DNA from: Prochlorococcus sp. AG-355-A18
GTDB taxonomy: Bacteria; Cyanobacteriota; Cyanobacteriia; PCC-6307; Cyanobiaceae
Direction of reading: 5' to 3'
Length of the DNA stretch: 64,000 nt
NCBI GenBank assembly: GCA_003280985.1
Contig: QCDH01000003.1
Location: forward strand, 9,591 to 73,590
Program-made: the position numbers and the translations under genes
Shown: positions 11,115 through 23,058 of the stretch, in pieces
Position numbering within the stretch: position 1 is the stretch's first letter
Layout: every line of letters starts with the position of its first letter
Notes under the pieces: generated by a model
What the model saw: only the letters and a program-made list of their open reading frames with translations
Database searches by the model: none
What the model was told of the DNA's origin: nothing

Positions 11115-11233
11115 TTAAAAAAAAAATTAATCATATTAAATCTTATTTTGAAAAAACTAGTTAATCAAGTTTAATTAGGAGTATTGTCCGAACAATATAT
11201 GAATTTAAAAGTAAATTAAATTTTTAGTTGGTT

Positions 11234-12385
11234 TTATTTAACCCACAAAATCTCACTACAGTTGTTTTCTTTCATAATTTGGTTGGCTTTAGCCAAGTCA
11301 TCACATGGATTTAAATGTAAGACAGCAATATTCCCTTTTTTCTGTTGTACTTTTTGTTCATTCATACTTTTTTCTAACAAATAAGAATCTTTAAACATCA
11401 ATAAAATCTTTTTTTTATCTGTCTTTTCTTCCTTAATTAAATTTCTTAAAATATCTACTGAAATTGTAAATCCAATCCCATTAAATATTTTCTCATTAGG
11501 ACTGAATGATCTTACTAACTCATCATATCTTCCGCCTTTTGCGATGACGCTTTTATTTTTACCATTATCCCCTATTAGTTGAAAAACTATTCCTTCATAT
11601 AAATTCAAGTGAGGTTGAAACGTAGGATCAAGTTGTAATTTAACACCATATTTAGTAGATATTTTTGATAATGTTTCAAATAAAAAATTTAAATCATCTA
11701 TAGTTTTACTATTGCCATATGTACTTTTCAATTTATTTAATATTGCAATTGGTTCCCCTCTTGTGAATAAGAGATCTTTAAGAATATATTTATCATCTTC
11801 ATCAATTTCTAATTTAGATAAATAATCTTGATCAAAATTAACAAGACTTTTCTTAATTTCTTCAAAATTGTTATTCTTATATTTATTTAAGATTAAATCC
11901 ATTATTTTTGTAGTGCTTACTAGTAGAAATAAATTACAACCATCCTTCAAATTAATATTATCGATTGCATCAAACAAAATATTAATAACTTCAATTTCTG
12001 GGTATTTTGTATCATATCCAATTAATTCAATTCCACTCTGGAGTTTTTCTTGTAACTTAAATGAATTTTTATTATTTTGTTTTTTATCAAAGACCATTCC
12101 ATTGGTGAATAATCTAATAGGTCTTTTCTTATTTATTAATCTTGTAGATGATAATTTAACAATAGATGTTGTCATCTCTGGCCTAAGACATAATGAATTA
12201 TTACTTACTATCCCTACAAGCTGATTTTCTTCAATAACTCCACTCCCTTTTATCGTCTCTAAAGTATTTATAAATGATGGTGAAACCTCTTCATAGCCCC
12301 ATAATTTATAAATACTACTTAAATTATTGATGATATTAGAATTATTTTTTACATCGACTAATTTAATTTCCTTTATATCTGTCAT
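11234..12385 (-). CDS. hisZ: ATP phosphoribosyltransferase regulatory subunit
   Basis: HisRS-like LRPEMTTSI, QSGIELIG, GGRYDEL. Confidence 0.9.
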   Translation of the reverse strand: MTDIKEIKLVDVKNNSNIINNLSSIYKLWGYEEVSPSFINTLETIKGSGVIEENQLVGIVSNNSLCLRPEMTTSIVKLSSTRLINKKRPIRLFTNGMVFDKKQNNKNSFKLQEKLQSGIELIGYDTKYPEIEVINILFDAIDNINLKDGCNLFLLVSTTKIMDLILNKYKNNNFEEIKKSLVNFDQDYLSKLEIDEDDKYILKDLLFTRGEPIAILNKLKSTYGNSKTIDDLNFLFETLSKISTKYGVKLQLDPTFQPHLNLYEGIVFQLIGDNGKNKSVIAKGGRYDELVRSFSPNEKIFNGIGFTISVDILRNLIKEEKTDKKKILLMFKDSYLLEKSMNEQKVQQKKGNIAVLHLNPCDDLAKANQIMKENNCSEILWVK

Positions 12386-12404
12386 TTTTATATTTAACCA
12401 AGTT

Positions 12405-13253
12405 TTAGGTATAGAGATTTTTTTTAAATGGAGAAACTTTATCTAGTTCATTTTTTAATTCATTCTCAAGGCTGGGAGAACAAGCTAAAATTCTACCGGA
12501 ACTTAAATTAAATTTGCCTGATGGATAATCTGAAATAATTCCACCAGCCTCTTTTACAATAATAGCACCGGCCGCTAGGTCCCATACCTCCAATCCTCTT
12601 TCCCAATATCCATCGACTTTACCTGAAGCGACAAATGCTAGATCAACTGCTGCTGCTCCGCCTCTTCGGACACCTCTTGTTTTATGTGTTAGATAACAAA
12701 ATTCAGCATAATTATTATCCTCAGTCTCAAATCTGTCATAAGAGAAACCTGTTACAAGTAGGCTATTAGAAAGATTTGAAGGACTCGATACTTTAATTTC
12801 ACATTCATTGCAGAATGAACCCACACCGATACAGGCTGAATATAGTTCATTTAAATAAGGTACTGATATAGCACCTATTATTGGATTGTTTTTATATAGT
12901 AGACCAATAGAAGTTCCAAAAAAAGGATATCCATGAGAATAATTTGTCGTGCCGTCTAATGGGTCTATACACCATGTTAAATCCGAGGATCTGTTTAATT
13001 TACCCGATTCTTCTGCATTAATAGATATGTTAGGTGTCTCTTCTAATAGATATTCTTTTATTTTATGTTCAACTTCCAAATCTACATTTGTTACTAGATC
13101 ACCTTTACGACCCTTAGATGATATTTTCTGAATTTTATTGTAATTAATTTTTAGAATTTCATTACCAATTTGAGCGGAGTTTTTCGCTATTTCATACAAG
13201 CTGGATAAGTTAACTTGATTTGCAATTTCATCTATTTCAATTAATTCAAACAT
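12405..13253 (-). CDS. suhB: Inositol monophosphatase family protein
   Basis: WCIDPLDGTTNY and WDLAAG motifs. Confidence 0.9.
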   Translation of the reverse strand: MFELIEIDEIANQVNLSSLYEIAKNSAQIGNEILKINYNKIQKISSKGRKGDLVTNVDLEVEHKIKEYLLEETPNISINAEESGKLNRSSDLTWCIDPLDGTTNYSHGYPFFGTSIGLLYKNNPIIGAISVPYLNELYSACIGVGSFCNECEIKVSSPSNLSNSLLVTGFSYDRFETEDNNYAEFCYLTHKTRGVRRGGAAAVDLAFVASGKVDGYWERGLEVWDLAAGAIIVKEAGGIISDYPSGKFNLSSGRILACSPSLENELKNELDKVSPFKKNLYT

Positions 13254-13258
13254 GATAA

Positions 13259-13633
13259 TTAATCTTCCTCAAACTCCCATGGTGGAGCAACTCTTGTATT
13301 TCCTCTTCCAAAATATTGTCCAAATTGTAAATCGTAAACTTCATCTTCATATGTAGTTTCGACCTCAAGATCTGAAGTTGCTTTAGCTACACAAAGAAGT
13401 GCATAACCTTTATCTTTTAATACTTGAGATACACCCATGGCTTGAGGTTGTTGCAAACTACCAGACATTATTTTAACTGCACAACTTGTACAACATCCAT
13501 TTCTACATGAAAATGCAAGTTTGAAACCTTTCTTTTCAAATTCCTTAAGTATGTAATCATCACTATTAACCTGCTCTTGGTAAACCTTTCCGGTTTCTTT
13601 ATTTTTAATCGTGACTGTGAAAGTTTTTTTCAA
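13259..13633 (-). CDS. 2Fe-2S ferredoxin (Fed2-like)
   Basis: FSCRNGCCTSC...LLCV; C-terminal DEVYDLQFG. Confidence 0.9.
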   Translation of the reverse strand: MKKTFTVTIKNKETGKVYQEQVNSDDYILKEFEKKGFKLAFSCRNGCCTSCAVKIMSGSLQQPQAMGVSQVLKDKGYALLCVAKATSDLEVETTYEDEVYDLQFGQYFGRGNTRVAPPWEFEED

Positions 13634-13682
13634 ATAACTTTCCTCTAAAATGGGATGATCAAGGGTTAGGATGGTTATCTTG

Positions 13683-13769
13683 GGAGAGGTGGCCGAGTGG
13701 TTGAAGGCGCAGCACTGGAAATGCTGTATAAGGGCAACTTTATCGAGGGTTCGAATCCCTCTCTCTCCG
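13683..13769 (+). tRNA. tRNA-Ser(GGA)
   Basis: GGAGAGG/TCTCTCC acceptor stem, CAGCA-CT-GGA-AA-TGCTG anticodon arm, long variable arm, GAGGG-TTCGAAT-CCCTC T arm; CCA not encoded. Confidence 0.97.
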
Positions 13770-13983
13770 TTTAATATTAGTTTATTCTGGTTAACTACAT
13801 CAACACCTTAGTCATTTAAAAACCTTTTAAAGTTAGGTAGTAATCTTTTTAAGAAGTTATAAATAATCTTATTTATTTAAATTAAGTTGAAAATATTTGA
13901 TTTTTACTATTATATGTAGATATCTAAGATAAAAATTAATTAAATTATTAGTAAATTTTGCTTTAATTTAGCAATCTAAAATC

Positions 13984-15981
13984 ATGGGGCAAATAGTTGG
14001 AATTGATTTAGGTACTACTAACTCTGTTGTCGGAGTTATAGAAGCTGGACGTCCAATTGTTATTGCAAATTCTGAGGGTTCTAGAACTACACCTTCAATA
14101 GTTGGATTTACAAAAGATAAGGAAATAGTAATAGGAGATCAAGCGAGAAGACAACTTGTTCTAAATCCTAAGAACACCTTTTATAACCTAAAAAGATTTA
14201 TTGGTAGTGACTGGGATGAATTAGATGAGAATAGTATTTCTGTTCCTTATAATGTAAAGGCTAATGCCAATGGAAGCGTTAGGGTTCTTAGTCCAAATAC
14301 AGAAAGAGAGTATGCACCAGAAGAATTAGTAAGCTCATTGATTAGAAAATTAATTAATGATGCTGAAACATATCTTGGAGATACTGTTGATTCTGCAGTA
14401 ATTACTGTCCCTGCTTATTTTAATGAATCTCAAAGGCAAGCTACAAAGGATTCTGCAATATTAGCTGGTATTAAAGTAGATAGAATTCTAAATGAACCTA
14501 CTGCTGCTGCTCTAGCTTATGGTTTTGAAAAAACTTCTTCTAATAATGTTTTGGTTTTTGATTTAGGAGGAGGAACATTCGATGTTTCATTATTGAAAAT
14601 TTCTAATGGTGTATTTGATGTTAAATCTACTTGTGGTGATACACAGCTAGGAGGAAACAACTTTGATTCAAAAATAGTTGATTGGCTTGCAGAAAAATTT
14701 CTAGCTAAACATGATATTGATCTGAGAAGGGATAGACAAGCTTTACAGAGATTAACGGAGGCTGCTGAAAAAGCTAAATGTGAATTGTCAGGATTACAAA
14801 AAACAAAAATATCTTTACCATTTATCACAACAAGTAAAGATGGGCCGTTACATATTGAAGAATCCTTAGATAGAAAAATATTTGAAACATTATCACAAGA
14901 TTTACTTGATAGATTATTGGAGCCTGTGCAAATAGCTTTAGATGATTCTGGCTGGAACGCAGAAGATATTGATGAGGTAGTACTAGTAGGTGGCAGTACA
15001 AGAATTCCAATGGTTCAACAATTAGTAAAGACTCTTGTTCCAAATGATCCTTGTCAATCTGTTAATCCTGATGAAGTTGTAGCAGTTGGAGCTGCGATAC
15101 AATCTGGGATTATTAATGGTGATTTACAAGATTTACTTCTAAATGACGTTACTCCCTTATCCTTAGGTTTAGAAACTATTGGTGGGCTTATGAAAGTACT
15201 CATTCCTCGTAATACACCAATACCAGTTAGACAATCTGATGTTTTTAGTACTTCCGAGGCTAATCAATCATCAGTTGTTGTTCAAGTACGGCAGGGAGAA
15301 AGGCCTTTAGCCTCTGAAAATAAATCACTTGGTAAATTTAGACTATCAGGAATACCTCCAGCTCCAAGAGGGATACCTCAAGTCCAGGTTGCATTTGATA
15401 TTGATGCTAATGGTCTTTTAGAAGTAAGTGCAACTGATAGAACAACTGGAAGAAAGCAAACAGTTACAATCTCTGGAGGTTCTAATTTAAATGAACAAGA
15501 AATAAATTCGATAATTGAAGAAGCCAAAGCAAAAGCTAATGAAGATAGGAAGAGAAGATCTGTAATTGATAGAAAAAATAGTGCTTTAACTCTTATTGCT
15601 CAAGCTGAGAGAAGACTTAGGGATGCCTCATTAGAATTTGGTCCTTATGGAGCCGAAAGACAACAACGAGCTGTTGAATTAGCCATTCAAGATGTTGAAG
15701 AGTATATAGATGACGATGATCCTCAAGAATTAGAAATTTCAGTAAGTGCTCTACAAGAAGCATTATTCGGCTTAAATAGAAAATTTGCGGCAGAAAAGAA
15801 AATAGATAATAATCCCTTACAGGGCATTAAAAATACATTTGGATCATTAAAGGATGAACTTTTTTCAGATGAAAATTGGGATGATGATCCCTGGGATAAT
15901 CAAATGAATAGAAATTATAGAAATTCGAGGTATGGTAATTCTAGGGATGATGATCCATGGGACAATGACTACTTCCTCTAA
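13984..15981 (+). CDS. dnaK: Chaperone DnaK, paralogue with acidic/Trp C-terminal tail (DnaK3 type)
   Basis: [27 protein letters not shown]; WDDDPWDN tail. Confidence 0.97.
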   Translation: MGQIVGIDLGTTNSVVGVIEAGRPIVIANSEGSRTTPSIVGFTKDKEIVIGDQARRQLVLNPKNTFYNLKRFIGSDWDELDENSISVPYNVKANANGSVRVLSPNTEREYAPEELVSSLIRKLINDAETYLGDTVDSAVITVPAYFNESQRQATKDSAILAGIKVDRILNEPTAAALAYGFEKTSSNNVLVFDLGGGTFDVSLLKISNGVFDVKSTCGDTQLGGNNFDSKIVDWLAEKFLAKHDIDLRRDRQALQRLTEAAEKAKCELSGLQKTKISLPFITTSKDGPLHIEESLDRKIFETLSQDLLDRLLEPVQIALDDSGWNAEDIDEVVLVGGSTRIPMVQQLVKTLVPNDPCQSVNPDEVVAVGAAIQSGIINGDLQDLLLNDVTPLSLGLETIGGLMKVLIPRNTPIPVRQSDVFSTSEANQSSVVVQVRQGERPLASENKSLGKFRLSGIPPAPRGIPQVQVAFDIDANGLLEVSATDRTTGRKQTVTISGGSNLNEQEINSIIEEAKAKANEDRKRRSVIDRKNSALTLIAQAERRLRDASLEFGPYGAERQQRAVELAIQDVEEYIDDDDPQELEISVSALQEALFGLNRKFAAEKKIDNNPLQGIKNTFGSLKDELFSDENWDDDPWDNQMNRNYRNSRYGNSRDDDPWDNDYFL

Positions 15982-16891
15982 AAAAGACTATTTGTCGATT
16001 TTGGGTTTATCCCCTGATTTCGATGATAAAGAACTTAAAAAGGCCTTTCGAAGAGAAGCAAGAAAATGGCATCCAGATTTGAATAAAAATGATCTTAATG
16101 CAGAAGAAAGATTTAAATTAATTAATGAAGCATACGAATATTTACGAGATCCTAATCTGAGGAATAAAGATTCGGATGAAAATATCAAGGATGATTACGA
16201 AAATAATAATTTCAAGACAGGGTTTCCTGATTTTCAAGATTATCTTGATGCATTATTTGGATATGAAGTCTCACCAAAGAATTACGAGGAATATGATGAT
16301 GAACATTTTGAGGATGAATCGATAAATACAAATAATGATGAATTTAACAATTATCAATACCCCGCAACTTCTCCAGAAGAGCCGCCTCCAGTTAAACTCC
16401 ACCAAGATATTGAAACAGTTATTGAATTAACTCCTGATGAGGCCTTAAATGGAGCTTCAATTTTAATTGAACTTGAAAATGAAACAGTAGTAGAAGTTGA
16501 TACTCCTCCTTTCGCTGGAGATGGATGGCGATTAAGACTTGAAAATATTGCAAGAGGAGGTAAAGATCATTATCTGCAATTAAAAGTTCAAACGGAAAGT
16601 GGTCTAAGAATTGATGGTTTAAGAGTTCTTTATAAATTAGAGTTATTCCCTCATGATGCTCTACTTGGTTGTGCCGTAGAGGTTCCAACCCTTGATGGAA
16701 ATGTCACACTTCAAGTACCACCAAAATCATCTACGGGAAGAATGTTACGTTTGAAAGGTAGGGGTCTAACATTTGAAGATAATGTAGGTGATCAATATGT
16801 TGAAATCATGGTAGTGATACCTGCTGATATTAATGATGAAGAAATTGCATTATATACAAGATTACAAGAATTATCACTTTCTGATTCTTAA
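15965..16891 (+). CDS. dnaJ: DnaJ class B co-chaperone
   Basis: N-terminal J domain (KWHPDLN), C-terminal DnaJ_C (VEVPTLDG), no zinc finger; start taken at ATG 15965, overlapping the dnaK end. Confidence 0.92.
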   Translation: MTTSSKKDYLSILGLSPDFDDKELKKAFRREARKWHPDLNKNDLNAEERFKLINEAYEYLRDPNLRNKDSDENIKDDYENNNFKTGFPDFQDYLDALFGYEVSPKNYEEYDDEHFEDESINTNNDEFNNYQYPATSPEEPPPVKLHQDIETVIELTPDEALNGASILIELENETVVEVDTPPFAGDGWRLRLENIARGGKDHYLQLKVQTESGLRIDGLRVLYKLELFPHDALLGCAVEVPTLDGNVTLQVPPKSSTGRMLRLKGRGLTFEDNVGDQYVEIMVVIPADINDEEIALYTRLQELSLSDS

Positions 16892-16924
16892 TCAAATACT
16901 ATATATATAGAAAAATCGATAACT

Positions 16925-17308
16925 ATGAACATATTTGTTCTTTTATATAATTCAGGAACAGATAAGGAAGGAATTCATTCAATCGAACTTAAAGGAAAGA
17001 CTATTGTTCTTATGTTTGAAGATAAGGATGATGCGACAAGATATTGTGGTCTACTAGAAGCTCAAGATTTTCCTTTGCCAACAGTTGAAATGATTAACAT
17101 AGAGGAAATTAAAGATTTCTGCATTAGATTAGATTATGAATGCAAATTAGTTGAAAAAAATTTTGTACCCAAAACTGTAGAAGATAGATTATTAATTTCA
17201 CCACCACAGAAAAACCTAGAGGTTGAAAATTGGGAGGAAGACAAAGATAATAACAAAGATAATATTGATTTAAATACCATTAAGGAAAACCTTGAAAAGT
17301 TACTCTAG
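16925..17308 (+). CDS. DUF3110-like conserved cyanobacterial protein
   Basis: FVLLYNSGTDKEGIHS...MFEDKDDATRYCGLLEAQDFP. Confidence 0.78.
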   Translation: MNIFVLLYNSGTDKEGIHSIELKGKTIVLMFEDKDDATRYCGLLEAQDFPLPTVEMINIEEIKDFCIRLDYECKLVEKNFVPKTVEDRLLISPPQKNLEVENWEEDKDNNKDNIDLNTIKENLEKLL

Positions 17309-17345
17309 CTATTAAAATATCAATTAATTATTGAATAAATAAAAC

Positions 17346-17783
17346 ATGACAATTGCATTATTTGAAACAGAGGTTGGAAACATTAATATTGAATTTTTCT
17401 CTGACGACGCACCTAATACAGTTAAAAACTTCACCAGTTTAATTAGCGATGGTTTTTATGATGGTTTAGCATTTCACAGAGTTATTCCTGGATTTATGGC
17501 TCAGGGTGGATGTCCAAATACTCGTGATGGAGCATCTGGTATGCCTGGAACTGGAGGCCCTGGATATAATATTAAATGCGAAATTAATTCCAATAAACAT
17601 CTAAAAGGTTCACTTTCTATGGCGCATGCAGGAAAGGATACAGGTGGTAGTCAATTTTTTATAGTCTATGAACCACAGCCTCATCTAGATGGAGTTCATA
17701 CTGTTTTTGGTAAAACAGATGATATGGATGTAGTTCTAAAGCTTACTAACGGATCAAAAATTCTAAAAGCAACTTTAAAATAA
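17346..17783 (+). CDS. Cyclophilin-type peptidyl-prolyl isomerase
   Basis: [30 protein letters not shown]. Confidence 0.95.
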   Translation: MTIALFETEVGNINIEFFSDDAPNTVKNFTSLISDGFYDGLAFHRVIPGFMAQGGCPNTRDGASGMPGTGGPGYNIKCEINSNKHLKGSLSMAHAGKDTGGSQFFIVYEPQPHLDGVHTVFGKTDDMDVVLKLTNGSKILKATLK

Positions 17784-17787
17784 TATT

Positions 17788-19512
17788 CTACCCTTCAAAA
17801 ACAATACTGAATGTCTCTTTATCTAGATTAAATTTTCTTGTAGAAGAATATAAGATTTCGCTATTAATAGTGAATTTAGTATTGATTAGTTTGATGCTAC
17901 TTTTTGGGTGTAATGCTTGTTCAATATTTCTAGAGACAATAATTCCAATATTTGTACTATTTTCAAATTTGGATAAAAATTGAATAAATAATTCTATATT
18001 CTTTATTTCTTCATCATTAATGTTGGAATTGGTTCTATTCTGATCATGTAAAATTCTCCATACTAATTTTGGTCGGTTCCAAAACGCCAATAATCTTGGA
18101 CTACTTTCAAGTTTAATATTAATGTTTTGTTCACTACAGAATTTAATTACATGATTTTTTATTGGAACTAAATCAATAGATTTATATTTTCCGTCAAGAA
18201 AAATTGATATAAATGGATCAATATTACTGGAATAGGAATTATCATCATCAATCATGTGGCCTAACTTTGTTTTTTTAACACTCAAATATTCTGCATTATT
18301 ATCGTTTGGACAAATAACTAATGGAACTCTCTCAATAACTTCTATTCCATAACCACCTAATCCAGCAATTTTTCTAGGATTATTGGTTAGTAATTTTAAT
18401 TTTTTTATACCTAAATCAGTTAATATTTGTGCTCCAACTCCGTAATTTCTGAGATCAGCTGGAAAACCTAATTTTTCATTAGCTTCTACAGTGTCTAATC
18501 CACCATCTTGTAAACTGTAAGCTTTTAATTTATTTATAAGACCAATACCTCTGCCTTCTTGCCTCAAGTAAACAACAACTCCTTCTTCCTCCTTTTCTAT
18601 TCTTGATAAAGCAGCCTCTAACTGAGGTCTACAATCACAACGTAATGATCCAAAAGCATCACCAGTTAAGCACTCTGAATGCATTCTTACTAATACAGGT
18701 TCGCTTAATTTCAATGATTTTTGTTTAACCAATGCAACGTGTTCAGAACCATCTAGTTCATTCACATATCCATAAGCTTTGAAATTACCAAAAATACTTG
18801 GAAGAACAGCATCAGATTTTCTAAATACAAACCTCTCAGTTTGAAACCGATAACTTATTAAATCAGCTATTGATATTAATTTCATTCCCCACTGTTTTGC
18901 ATACTCTTTAAGTTGTGGAAGTCTTGACATAGAACCATCAGGATTTTGTATTTCACAAATCACTCCAGCGGGATAAAGACCTGACATTGCGGCAATATCT
19001 ACTGCCGCTTCGGTATGACCTGCCCTTTTTAATACTCCACCTTTTTTAGCTCTTAATGGAAAAATATGTCCTGGTCTCCTTAAATCTTCAGGTTTTGTAT
19101 TTGGATTTATAGCAACTTGTATTGTCTTTGCCCTGTCTTCAGCGGAAATTCCGGTAGTAACATTATTTTCAGGTCCAGCATCAATTGATACTGTAAAAGC
19201 TGTTTGATTTTCATCTGTATTTCTATCTACCATTAATGGTAAATCTAAAGAATCAAGTTTTTCACCTTGCATTGCTAGGCATATAAGACCACGTCCCTCA
19301 GTAGCCATAAAATTAATTTGCTGTGGAGTTGCAAATTGAGCAGCACATATTAAATCTCCTTCATTTTCTCTTCTTTCATCATCTACAACAATTATGCATT
19401 CACCATTTCTTATAGCTGCCAACGCATCGCTTATAGGATCAAATTCAATTTTAAAAGATTCATTTATATCCAAAATTGTTCCATTATTTGATTTGGGACT
19501 TGTTTCTTTCAT
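17788..19512 (-). CDS. ribBA: Bifunctional DHBP synthase / GTP cyclohydrolase II
   Basis: [37 protein letters not shown]; start may be 19512 or 19524. Confidence 0.96.
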   Translation of the reverse strand: MKETSPKSNNGTILDINESFKIEFDPISDALAAIRNGECIIVVDDERRENEGDLICAAQFATPQQINFMATEGRGLICLAMQGEKLDSLDLPLMVDRNTDENQTAFTVSIDAGPENNVTTGISAEDRAKTIQVAINPNTKPEDLRRPGHIFPLRAKKGGVLKRAGHTEAAVDIAAMSGLYPAGVICEIQNPDGSMSRLPQLKEYAKQWGMKLISIADLISYRFQTERFVFRKSDAVLPSIFGNFKAYGYVNELDGSEHVALVKQKSLKLSEPVLVRMHSECLTGDAFGSLRCDCRPQLEAALSRIEKEEEGVVVYLRQEGRGIGLINKLKAYSLQDGGLDTVEANEKLGFPADLRNYGVGAQILTDLGIKKLKLLTNNPRKIAGLGGYGIEVIERVPLVICPNDNNAEYLSVKKTKLGHMIDDDNSYSSNIDPFISIFLDGKYKSIDLVPIKNHVIKFCSEQNINIKLESSPRLLAFWNRPKLVWRILHDQNRTNSNINDEEIKNIELFIQFLSKFENSTNIGIIVSRNIEQALHPKSSIKLINTKFTINSEILYSSTRKFNLDKETFSIVFEG

Positions 19513-19600
19513 TATTCCTATCAATATAGAAAAAAAGTGTTTTAGTTACCTTAAATTCAACACTTTATAATCCTATCTCAAAGTCTGCCAATTCAAAGAA

Positions 19601-20656
19601 ATGAATGTTGCAATAGTAGGTGCTACTGGTTACGGCGGTATTCAAGCGGTAAATCTCTTAAAGAAAATTAAAAAATACAAAATTTCATTTTTAGGAGGTA
19701 ATAAAACATCCGGATCCAAGTGGAATGATAATTTTCCTTTTCTTTATCTAGATAATGACCCTTATATAGAAGAAATTTCCGTTGATAATATTTCAAAAAA
19801 TGCTGATGTTGCTTTGCTTTGCTTACCAAATGGCCTATCTTCAACATTGACAAGGAAATTATTAGATCGAGGACTTAAAGTTATTGATTTATCTGCTGAT
19901 TACAGATATAAGTCTTTAGATGAATGGAAAAGTGTATATTCTAAAGAAGCTGCTATTTATAAAAGGAATGATGATGATTTATGTAAAGAGGCAGTCTACG
20001 GTCTTCCTGAAATAAATAAGGAAGCCATTTCAAAAGGAAGATTAATTGCCTGTCCAGGATGCTATCCAACATCTGCTCTCATTCCATTAGTTCCTTATCT
20101 TTCGCAAGGAATTATTGAAAATGAAGGAATAGTGATTGATTCTAAAAGCGGAACCTCTGGAGGAGGTCGAGAACCAAACCAAAAGCTACTCTTATCAGAA
20201 TGTGGTGAAGGCTTATCAGCTTATGGATTGATAAACCATAGACATACCTCAGAGATCGAACAAGTAGCATCTATAATTTCTGGAAATAAAATTGAACTGC
20301 TTTTTACACCTCATTTGGTTCCAATTTCAAGGGGTATGTATTCGACTATATATGGGAGATTAAGAGATCCAGGATTAACTTCTGATGATTGCAAAATTCT
20401 TTTGGATAATTATTACAGAAATTTCAAAAATATTAAAGTATTACCTGTAGATACATACCCTTCAACAAAATGGGTTAAAAATACAAACCAAATTTTCATT
20501 TCTGTTAAAGTTGATCTTAGAAATGGAAGGATTATTATTTTATCTGCAATTGATAATTTGTTAAAAGGTCAGACTGGGCAAGCAATTCAAAATTTAAATA
20601 TTATGAGCGGATTTTCAATGGATGAAGGTCTTGATTTAACTAATAATTTTCCATAA
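19601..20656 (+). CDS. argC: N-acetyl-gamma-glutamyl-phosphate reductase
   Basis: GATGYGG, ACPGCYPT, DNLLKG. Confidence 0.97.
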   Translation: MNVAIVGATGYGGIQAVNLLKKIKKYKISFLGGNKTSGSKWNDNFPFLYLDNDPYIEEISVDNISKNADVALLCLPNGLSSTLTRKLLDRGLKVIDLSADYRYKSLDEWKSVYSKEAAIYKRNDDDLCKEAVYGLPEINKEAISKGRLIACPGCYPTSALIPLVPYLSQGIIENEGIVIDSKSGTSGGGREPNQKLLLSECGEGLSAYGLINHRHTSEIEQVASIISGNKIELLFTPHLVPISRGMYSTIYGRLRDPGLTSDDCKILLDNYYRNFKNIKVLPVDTYPSTKWVKNTNQIFISVKVDLRNGRIIILSAIDNLLKGQTGQAIQNLNIMSGFSMDEGLDLTNNFP

Positions 20657-21326
20657 AATTACTTCTTATCAAAAAACCAGCTTGAGAGATTGAGTGAGGT
20701 AAAATTTTATGCTCAAGCATTTGTATCCTTTTTGATAGTGATTCAAAATCATCATCATCTCTAATTGACAATGCAGCTTGCATTATCAATGATCCACTAT
20801 CTACCTCCTCTTCTACAAAATGTACAGAACAACCAGTTATTTTTGAACCATTTAATATAGAGTCCTTTATCGCAGAACCACCTTTATATGCCGGAAGTAA
20901 TGAAGGATGAATATTTATTATCTTATTCTTAAATTTATTAATAAAAAATGGAGTAACAATTTTCATCCAGCCTGCCATAACAACGAGTTCAACATCGTAA
21001 TGAATTAAAGTATTTACAATTTCTAATTCAAATGCCTCTTTTTGCAAAAAGTCTTTGCCTCTTATAATTTTGAAAGGTATTTTTTTATTTTCAGCTCTTT
21101 TTATACAACCGGCTTTATCTTTGTTAGTTATTAGAACTTTTATATCTATATCTAATTCTCCTTTTTCTGAGAGATTAATTAATTCCTGAAAGTTTGTTCC
21201 TTTCCCAGAAGCAAGTACACCTATTTTTAATCTTGGTGAAAATCTTCTAAATTCAGATATCTCAGGAGAAATTATGTAATTAAATGATCTATCCAAAGTT
21301 TTTATTTTATCCAATGATAAATTCAT
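20640..21326 (-). CDS. purN: Phosphoribosylglycinamide formyltransferase
   Basis: LASGKGTNF, NIHPSLLP, GCSVHFV. Confidence 0.95.
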   Translation of the reverse strand: MNLSLDKIKTLDRSFNYIISPEISEFRRFSPRLKIGVLASGKGTNFQELINLSEKGELDIDIKVLITNKDKAGCIKRAENKKIPFKIIRGKDFLQKEAFELEIVNTLIHYDVELVVMAGWMKIVTPFFINKFKNKIINIHPSLLPAYKGGSAIKDSILNGSKITGCSVHFVEEEVDSGSLIMQAALSIRDDDDFESLSKRIQMLEHKILPHSISQAGFLIRSNFMENY

Positions 21327-21474
21327 ATGAAATAAAAAAAACCCTATAATTTAATTGTTTATATTCAAAAACATATTTATTTGAAGATAAAAATTTAAAC
21401 AAATTTAAATGATTCAAATCTATGTACTATTGGTATAGATATAATTGGATAATTAAAAGAAACAAATATATAAA

Positions 21475-23058
21475 ATGAATGGAGATTTAAAATCTTGGGA
21501 TAAATTTTGTAATTATCTTTGGTTTGACCAAAAATTAAATATTTGGCTAGACATAAGCAAAATTAATTTCACAAGTAAAGAGATAAAAAATTTAGAAGAT
21601 AAATTTATAGATGTTTTTTCATCAATAAAAGAATTAGAAAATGGTGCAATTTCAAATATTGATGAAAATAGACAAGTTGGCCATTATTGGCTTAGAAATC
21701 CATTAATTTCACCCTCTTCAAAAATAGGAGAGGAAATTAGCGCAGATATTAATGCAATCTCTGAATTTGGAAAAAAAATTTTAAATGGAGATATTAAGAA
21801 TAAGAATAATCAGCAGTATACTGATGTTCTATGGATAGGAATTGGTGGGAGTGGTTTAGGTCCATTACTTATTACAGAGTCACTGCAGAAGTGCTCTAGA
21901 GGCTTAAATTTTTCTTATATCGATAATGTTGATCCTTTTTTAATTAGCGAAAAGTTAGAAGAGTTATCTGAAAAATTATCAACTACATTATTTGTAGTAG
22001 TAAGCAAATCAGGTGGTACACCTGAACCTAGAATTGCTATGGAAATTATTAAAAGTCACTGCGAAAACAATTCTCTTGAATGGAATTCTAATGCTATAGC
22101 TATAACTATGAAAGATAGTAAATTATTTAAAAAGGCCACTTCTGAAAATTGGTTAAAAATATTTAATTTGCAAGATTGGGTTGGAGGAAGAACAAGTATT
22201 ACAAGCTCTGTGGGATTACTTCCATTAGCTCTTATTAATGAAAATATATTTGAATTCATTAGAGGTGCATCATTAATGGATGAGGCCACGCGTATAAGTG
22301 ATTTTAAAAATAATCCTGCAGCATTATTATCATCTGCTTGGTATTTAACTGGAGATGGCGTTGGGAAGAGAGATATGGTCGTATTACCATATAGAGATAG
22401 GTTACAGGTATTTAGCAAATATCTTCAGCAATTAGTAATGGAATCATTAGGGAAGAAATTTAATAGGAATGGTGAAGTAGTTAATCAAGGTATTTCCGTT
22501 TTTGGTAATAAAGGATCTACAGATCAGCATGCTTATGTTCAGCAACTGAGAGATGGTATTGATAATTTCTTTTGTATTTTTATTGAACTATTAGATTCTC
22601 CATCTACTAATATTTTTGATAAAAAAGAGAATCCTAAAGAATATCTTTCTGGTTTTTTGCAAGGAACCAGATCAGCACTCTCTAGTGAAGACAGACAAAG
22701 TATCACTATTACTTTAGAAAAGTTAAATTGTTTTTCACTAGGGGCCTTAATCGCTTTATTTGAGAGGGCTGTATCATTCTACGCTGAATTGGTAAATATA
22801 AATGCATATGATCAACCTGGAGTTGAAGCTGGAAAGAAAGCAGCTGCAAATATTATTGAGTATCAACAAAAAGTAAGTAATTTATTAGAAGAGGGTGGAG
22901 AATATTCTATAAATGACATAACATCACTATTTGATAATTCTGTTAGTGAACCCATATTTTTTATACTCCGTGAAATGTGTTTCGGTAATGATAATTATTT
23001 AGTTAAAGGCGATTGGTCAAATCCAAATTCATTAGTTATTCAAAAAATAAATTCTTAA
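21475..23058 (+). CDS. pgi: Glucose-6-phosphate isomerase
   Basis: [30 protein letters not shown]. Confidence 0.97.
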   Translation: MNGDLKSWDKFCNYLWFDQKLNIWLDISKINFTSKEIKNLEDKFIDVFSSIKELENGAISNIDENRQVGHYWLRNPLISPSSKIGEEISADINAISEFGKKILNGDIKNKNNQQYTDVLWIGIGGSGLGPLLITESLQKCSRGLNFSYIDNVDPFLISEKLEELSEKLSTTLFVVVSKSGGTPEPRIAMEIIKSHCENNSLEWNSNAIAITMKDSKLFKKATSENWLKIFNLQDWVGGRTSITSSVGLLPLALINENIFEFIRGASLMDEATRISDFKNNPAALLSSAWYLTGDGVGKRDMVVLPYRDRLQVFSKYLQQLVMESLGKKFNRNGEVVNQGISVFGNKGSTDQHAYVQQLRDGIDNFFCIFIELLDSPSTNIFDKKENPKEYLSGFLQGTRSALSSEDRQSITITLEKLNCFSLGALIALFERAVSFYAELVNINAYDQPGVEAGKKAAANIIEYQQKVSNLLEEGGEYSINDITSLFDNSVSEPIFFILREMCFGNDNYLVKGDWSNPNSLVIQKINS

